Shown: piece by piece, positions 60,293-63,390 of the stretch | Position numbering within the stretch: the first letter of the stretch is position 1 | Layout: each line of letters starts with the position of its first letter | Assembly: GCA_037446635.1 (NCBI GenBank) | Contig: JBBIIG010000012.1 | Coordinates: forward strand, 1-63,390 | Source: a bacterium | GTDB taxonomy: Bacteria > Zhuqueibacterota > Zhuqueibacteria > Oceanimicrobiales > Oceanimicrobiaceae | Reading direction: 5' to 3' | Length of the DNA: 63,390 nt | The notes under the pieces: model-generated | Seen by the model: the letters and a program-made list of their open reading frames with translations, nothing else | Databases searched by the model: none | Told to the model about the DNA's origin: nothing | Program-made: the position numbers and the translations under genes

Positions 60293-62824
60293 CTAATTTT
60301 GATTCTTAACCGCACCCAGCGCGACCTGGGGCTTGGGAAGATTTTTTTGAAAGGCCGGTGAGTTCGGATCGATCCCCAGTTTCCTCATCCGCGACCACAA
60401 CGTCGAGCGGTTCATTCCCAACAAACGCGCGGCGCCGTTGGGGCCGCTGAGCACGCCGCCGGTCTTTTCCAGCGCCCGCAGAATGTGCTGGCGCTCGGCT
60501 TCTTCAAGAGTGCGAAAATCAATCTCGACTTCAGTGGGCTGCAGGATGATGCCGATGTGTTGCGGCTGCAACTGGCGGCCATCGCAGAGAATCACCGCGC
60601 GTTCCAGCACGTTGGCCAGCTCGCGGACGTTGCCGGGCCAGTGGTAGCGCTGCAGCTTCTCCAGCGCTTGCGGCTGAACGCCATCGATGCGCTTGCCCAT
60701 GCGCCGGCAAAATTGCGTAGTCATATAATTTGTAAGAAGCGGCAGGTCTTCCATGCGCTCGCGCAGCGCCGGCACGTGAATTGGGAAGATGTTGAGCCGA
60801 TAATAGAGATCCGCACGGAACGCGCCCTGATGCACCGCTTTCTGCAAATTCTGGTTGGTGGCGGCGATCACCCGCACGTTCACTTTCACCGTCTGGGTGC
60901 CGCCCACGCGCTCGAATTCCTGCTCCTGCAAAACCCGCAGCAGTTTCACCTGCGTTTCCTGCGGCAGCTCCCCTACTTCATCTAAAAAAATGGTGCCGCC
61001 GTCCGCCAGCTCGAAGCGGCCTTTTTTGCGGGCGATGGCGCCGGTAAACGCGCCTTTTTCGTGGCCAAACAACTCGCTTTCAATCAACCCCGCGGGCAAA
61101 GCGGCGCAATTCACTTTGATGAGCGCGCTGTTTTTGCGGCTGCTCTCTTTGTGAATGGCGCGGGCGATCAATTCTTTGCCGGTGCCGGTTTCGCCGGTGA
61201 TGAGCACGGTGGCGTCGGTGGCCGCCACTTTTTTGATGTTGTCGAACACCACTTTCATGGCGGGGGAGGCGCCAATGAGCTCGCCAAAGTTGTGCTCGCT
61301 TTTGATTTCTTCCTGCAAGTAAACATTTTCGAGCTGCAGCTTGCTTAACTCGGCTTCTGCTTTTTGTCGCTCGTTGATGTCGCGCAAAATGATGGTGAAC
61401 AGCTTTTCTCCGGAAACCTCCACTTGCGAAAGAGTGGCTTCAATGGGAAAGGCCTCGCCGTTGGCGCGAATGGCGCTCAAGCCTTCGGGCGCCCAGCGCT
61501 GCGAGCGGGCCGGATGGCGCCGGGCGGATTCCTTAATATAAATAGAAAGCAAATTTTGGAACGCAGGCGAGAGATAGCGGTCCAGCGGCTTGCCGATGGC
61601 GTCGCTGGCCGAGCAGAGAAAAACTTTTTCCGCGGCGGCATTGAACAGCACGATGGCGCGCTCTTCATTGACGGTGATGATGGCGTCCATCGCGGATTCG
61701 AGAATGCGGCTGAGGCGCTCCTCGCTTTCTTTGAGCGCGGCTTCGGTGCGTTGGCGTTCGGCGATTTCTTTTTTCAATTGGGTGTTGGCTTCTGACAGCT
61801 CGGCGGTGCGTTCTTTGACCCGCTGCTCCAATTCGTCGTGAGCTTTGCGCAAAGCTTCTTCGGCGCGCTTGCGCTCGGTGACGTCGCGCTGGATGCCGAA
61901 GTGGCCGAGGATGCGGCCGTCGCCGTCGTAGAAACAGATGTAATCGCCCTCGATCCACATGGGCGTGCCGTCGAGTTTGCGTTCGTAGGTTTCCACGTGC
62001 AGACGGCCTTCGTCGAAAAATTTTCGCCACACTTCGCGGCCGTGAGCGAGATCGTGGGCGAACAGATCGTTGGGCGTGAGTCCGAGGAATTGCTCGCGGG
62101 TGGCGCCGTACTGCGCCAGCATGGCGTCGTTGACATTGGTGATGCGCTGGTGAGCGAACACGTAATCGAGCGCCGCTTCTTTGTCCACGGAATCATCCCA
62201 GCGCAGCGGCTCATCGAGCATCATAAAAAAGAAGCCGTCGAGGGACTGCGAGAAAAACAGCTCTAACTTCCATTCGCTTTCCAGCAAGGCGGCCTCGGCA
62301 ACTCGGCGCTCCTCGATTTCCTGCTGCAACTTGCGGTTGGCCTCGGAAAGTTCGCGGGTGCGTTCCTGCACGCGGCGCTCCAGTTCCTCGTGCGCTTTTT
62401 TGAGGCTCGTTTCCGCGGCCTTGCGTTCGGTGATATCTTCAATCATCGAAAGAAAATGGAGCGGCTGGCCGTTTTCATCGCGGATGAGCGACACCGTCAG
62501 CGCCCCCCACATCACGTCGCCGTGTTTTTTGAGGTAGCGCTTTTCGGTTTTGTAGAGGGCGATCTCACCGTTAACCAGTTTCTGTACCTGCGCCTGATCG
62601 ATGGTTTTGTGGTCGGGGTGTGTGATGTCCAGAAAAGTGCGGGCGGTCATCTCGGCTTCCGAATATCCCAACATGCGGCACAAGGTCTGATTCACTTTGA
62701 GGATGCGGTAATCGAGCGCGGTGAAGGCCATGCCGAGCGGTCCTTCCTCAAAAATCTTGCGGAAGCGCTGCTCGCTTTCCCAGTGAGTTTGTTCCGCGGG
62801 ATTGGTTTTTAGATGATCGGCCAT
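60293..62824 (-). CDS. sigma54-dependent activator (three PAS domains, AAA+, Fis HTH)
   Basis: PAS/PAC repeats, [29 protein letters not shown] and HTH. Confidence 0.95.
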   Translation of the reverse strand: MADHLKTNPAEQTHWESEQRFRKIFEEGPLGMAFTALDYRILKVNQTLCRMLGYSEAEMTARTFLDITHPDHKTIDQAQVQKLVNGEIALYKTEKRYLKKHGDVMWGALTVSLIRDENGQPLHFLSMIEDITERKAAETSLKKAHEELERRVQERTRELSEANRKLQQEIEERRVAEAALLESEWKLELFFSQSLDGFFFMMLDEPLRWDDSVDKEAALDYVFAHQRITNVNDAMLAQYGATREQFLGLTPNDLFAHDLAHGREVWRKFFDEGRLHVETYERKLDGTPMWIEGDYICFYDGDGRILGHFGIQRDVTERKRAEEALRKAHDELEQRVKERTAELSEANTQLKKEIAERQRTEAALKESEERLSRILESAMDAIITVNEERAIVLFNAAAEKVFLCSASDAIGKPLDRYLSPAFQNLLSIYIKESARRHPARSQRWAPEGLSAIRANGEAFPIEATLSQVEVSGEKLFTIILRDINERQKAEAELSKLQLENVYLQEEIKSEHNFGELIGASPAMKVVFDNIKKVAATDATVLITGETGTGKELIARAIHKESSRKNSALIKVNCAALPAGLIESELFGHEKGAFTGAIARKKGRFELADGGTIFLDEVGELPQETQVKLLRVLQEQEFERVGGTQTVKVNVRVIAATNQNLQKAVHQGAFRADLYYRLNIFPIHVPALRERMEDLPLLTNYMTTQFCRRMGKRIDGVQPQALEKLQRYHWPGNVRELANVLERAVILCDGRQLQPQHIGIILQPTEVEIDFRTLEEAERQHILRALEKTGGVLSGPNGAARLLGMNRSTLWSRMRKLGIDPNSPAFQKNLPKPQVALGAVKNQN

Positions 62825-62959
62825 GATTTGACGCTAACGGATTCCCCTGTGAGAATGAAAAATTATATAGATTTATTTGCTCATGATCAAGAAAATAGAT
62901 TTGACTTTTTTGGATAATATTCTAAATTGCTGCTGTAATTTTGTTAAAAGGAATCTTCC

Positions 62960-63390
62960 ATGCCGATCGTTGACGTGGGAAAACCGCTGCGTGAAAAGTT
63001 AGGCGACAATGGCGTCGAGTCTTTGGTTTCGCTTATCAACCAGGCGCAAGCCGAGCAAAAAAATAATACCATCGAATTTGTTGAGGAGAAATTTGAGCGG
63101 CGCCTGACAGAGGAAACTATCAAGCTTGATAAGAGAATAACCGATGAATCTGCCAGGCTTGAAAAGAGAATTTCCGAGGAGTCTGCCAGGCTTGACAAGC
63201 GCATAACCGAGGAGGTTGCAAAGCTTGATAAGAGAATAACCGAAGAGGTTGCGAAGCTTGACAAGAGAATCACCGAGGAGTCTGCCAGGCTTGACAAGCG
63301 CATAACCGAGGAGGTTGCAAAGATCGATATCAAAATCTCTGATGCCAAAGCCGAAATCATCAAATGGATGTTTATCTTCTGGATCGGGCA
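62960..63390 (+). CDS. DUF1640/CCDC90-like membrane-anchored coiled-coil protein, runs off the window end
   Basis: Manual translation: MPIVDVGKPLREKLGDNGVESLVSLIN...(KLDKRITEEVA)n...KAEIIKWMFIFWIG. Confidence 0.85.
   Translation, partial: MPIVDVGKPLREKLGDNGVESLVSLINQAQAEQKNNTIEFVEEKFERRLTEETIKLDKRITDESARLEKRISEESARLDKRITEEVAKLDKRITEEVAKLDKRITEESARLDKRITEEVAKIDIKISDAKAEIIKWMFIFWIG
63122..63319. repeat. 33-bp tandem repeat, 6 copies
   Basis: Consensus a(a/g)gcttga(c/t)aag(a/c)g(a/c)ataaccgaggag..tgc.; units 3 and 6 are identical. Confidence 0.92.

Noticed and set aside
63122..63319. 33-bp repeats as CRISPR
   Set aside because: The repeats are contiguous with no spacers and are in frame within a coiled-coil gene.
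62944..63363. Minus-strand 139-aa Ser-rich ORF
   Set aside because: It is the antisense shadow of the plus-strand repeat protein, which has an SD, a head domain and a TM end.

Overview
Bacterial chromosomal window. A T9SS/FlgD-type C-terminal motif (QNYPNPFNPET), a Bat operon and OmpP1-like proteins suggest an FCB-group lineage such as KSB1, Calditrichota or Ignavibacteriota; this is inference only. Contents in order: (1) 1-6.3 kb, a decayed accessory zone with an ABC exporter, an MBL hydrolase, a repeat-stalk coiled-coil protein, an IstB remnant and truncated genes. (2) ftsH-queD. (3) 8.7-20 kb, an anaerobic benzoyl-CoA dearomatisation cluster: Rrf2/BadM-like regulator, had, oah, BadL-like GNAT, dch, an SDR, a divergent four-subunit ATP-dependent class I benzoyl-CoA reductase, a hemerythrin-domain protein and a small CxxC protein. 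A repeat-flanked GxxExxY nuclease cassette interrupts this cluster, and every gene junction from had to the last reductase subunit carries a hairpin-forming element. (4) gap-tpiA-secG-tRNA-Leu, with no pgk. (5) A chaperone/protease block (two DegQ-like proteases, dnaJ, dnaK) with identical sigma54 promoters before dnaJ and dnaK. (6) An expanded moxR/bat operon containing a MITE and a hicBA pseudogene. (7) Envelope genes, a penicillin acylase, yhaM and thrC. (8) A sigma54-activated minus-strand operon (deleted methyltransferase, BBE-like flavin oxidase, cupin, Tat-signal nitroreductase-like protein) next to its PAS-AAA+ activator, then a second repeat-stalk protein that runs off the end. No CRISPR array or rRNA was seen. 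All family assignments come from motif recognition by eye, not from database searches.
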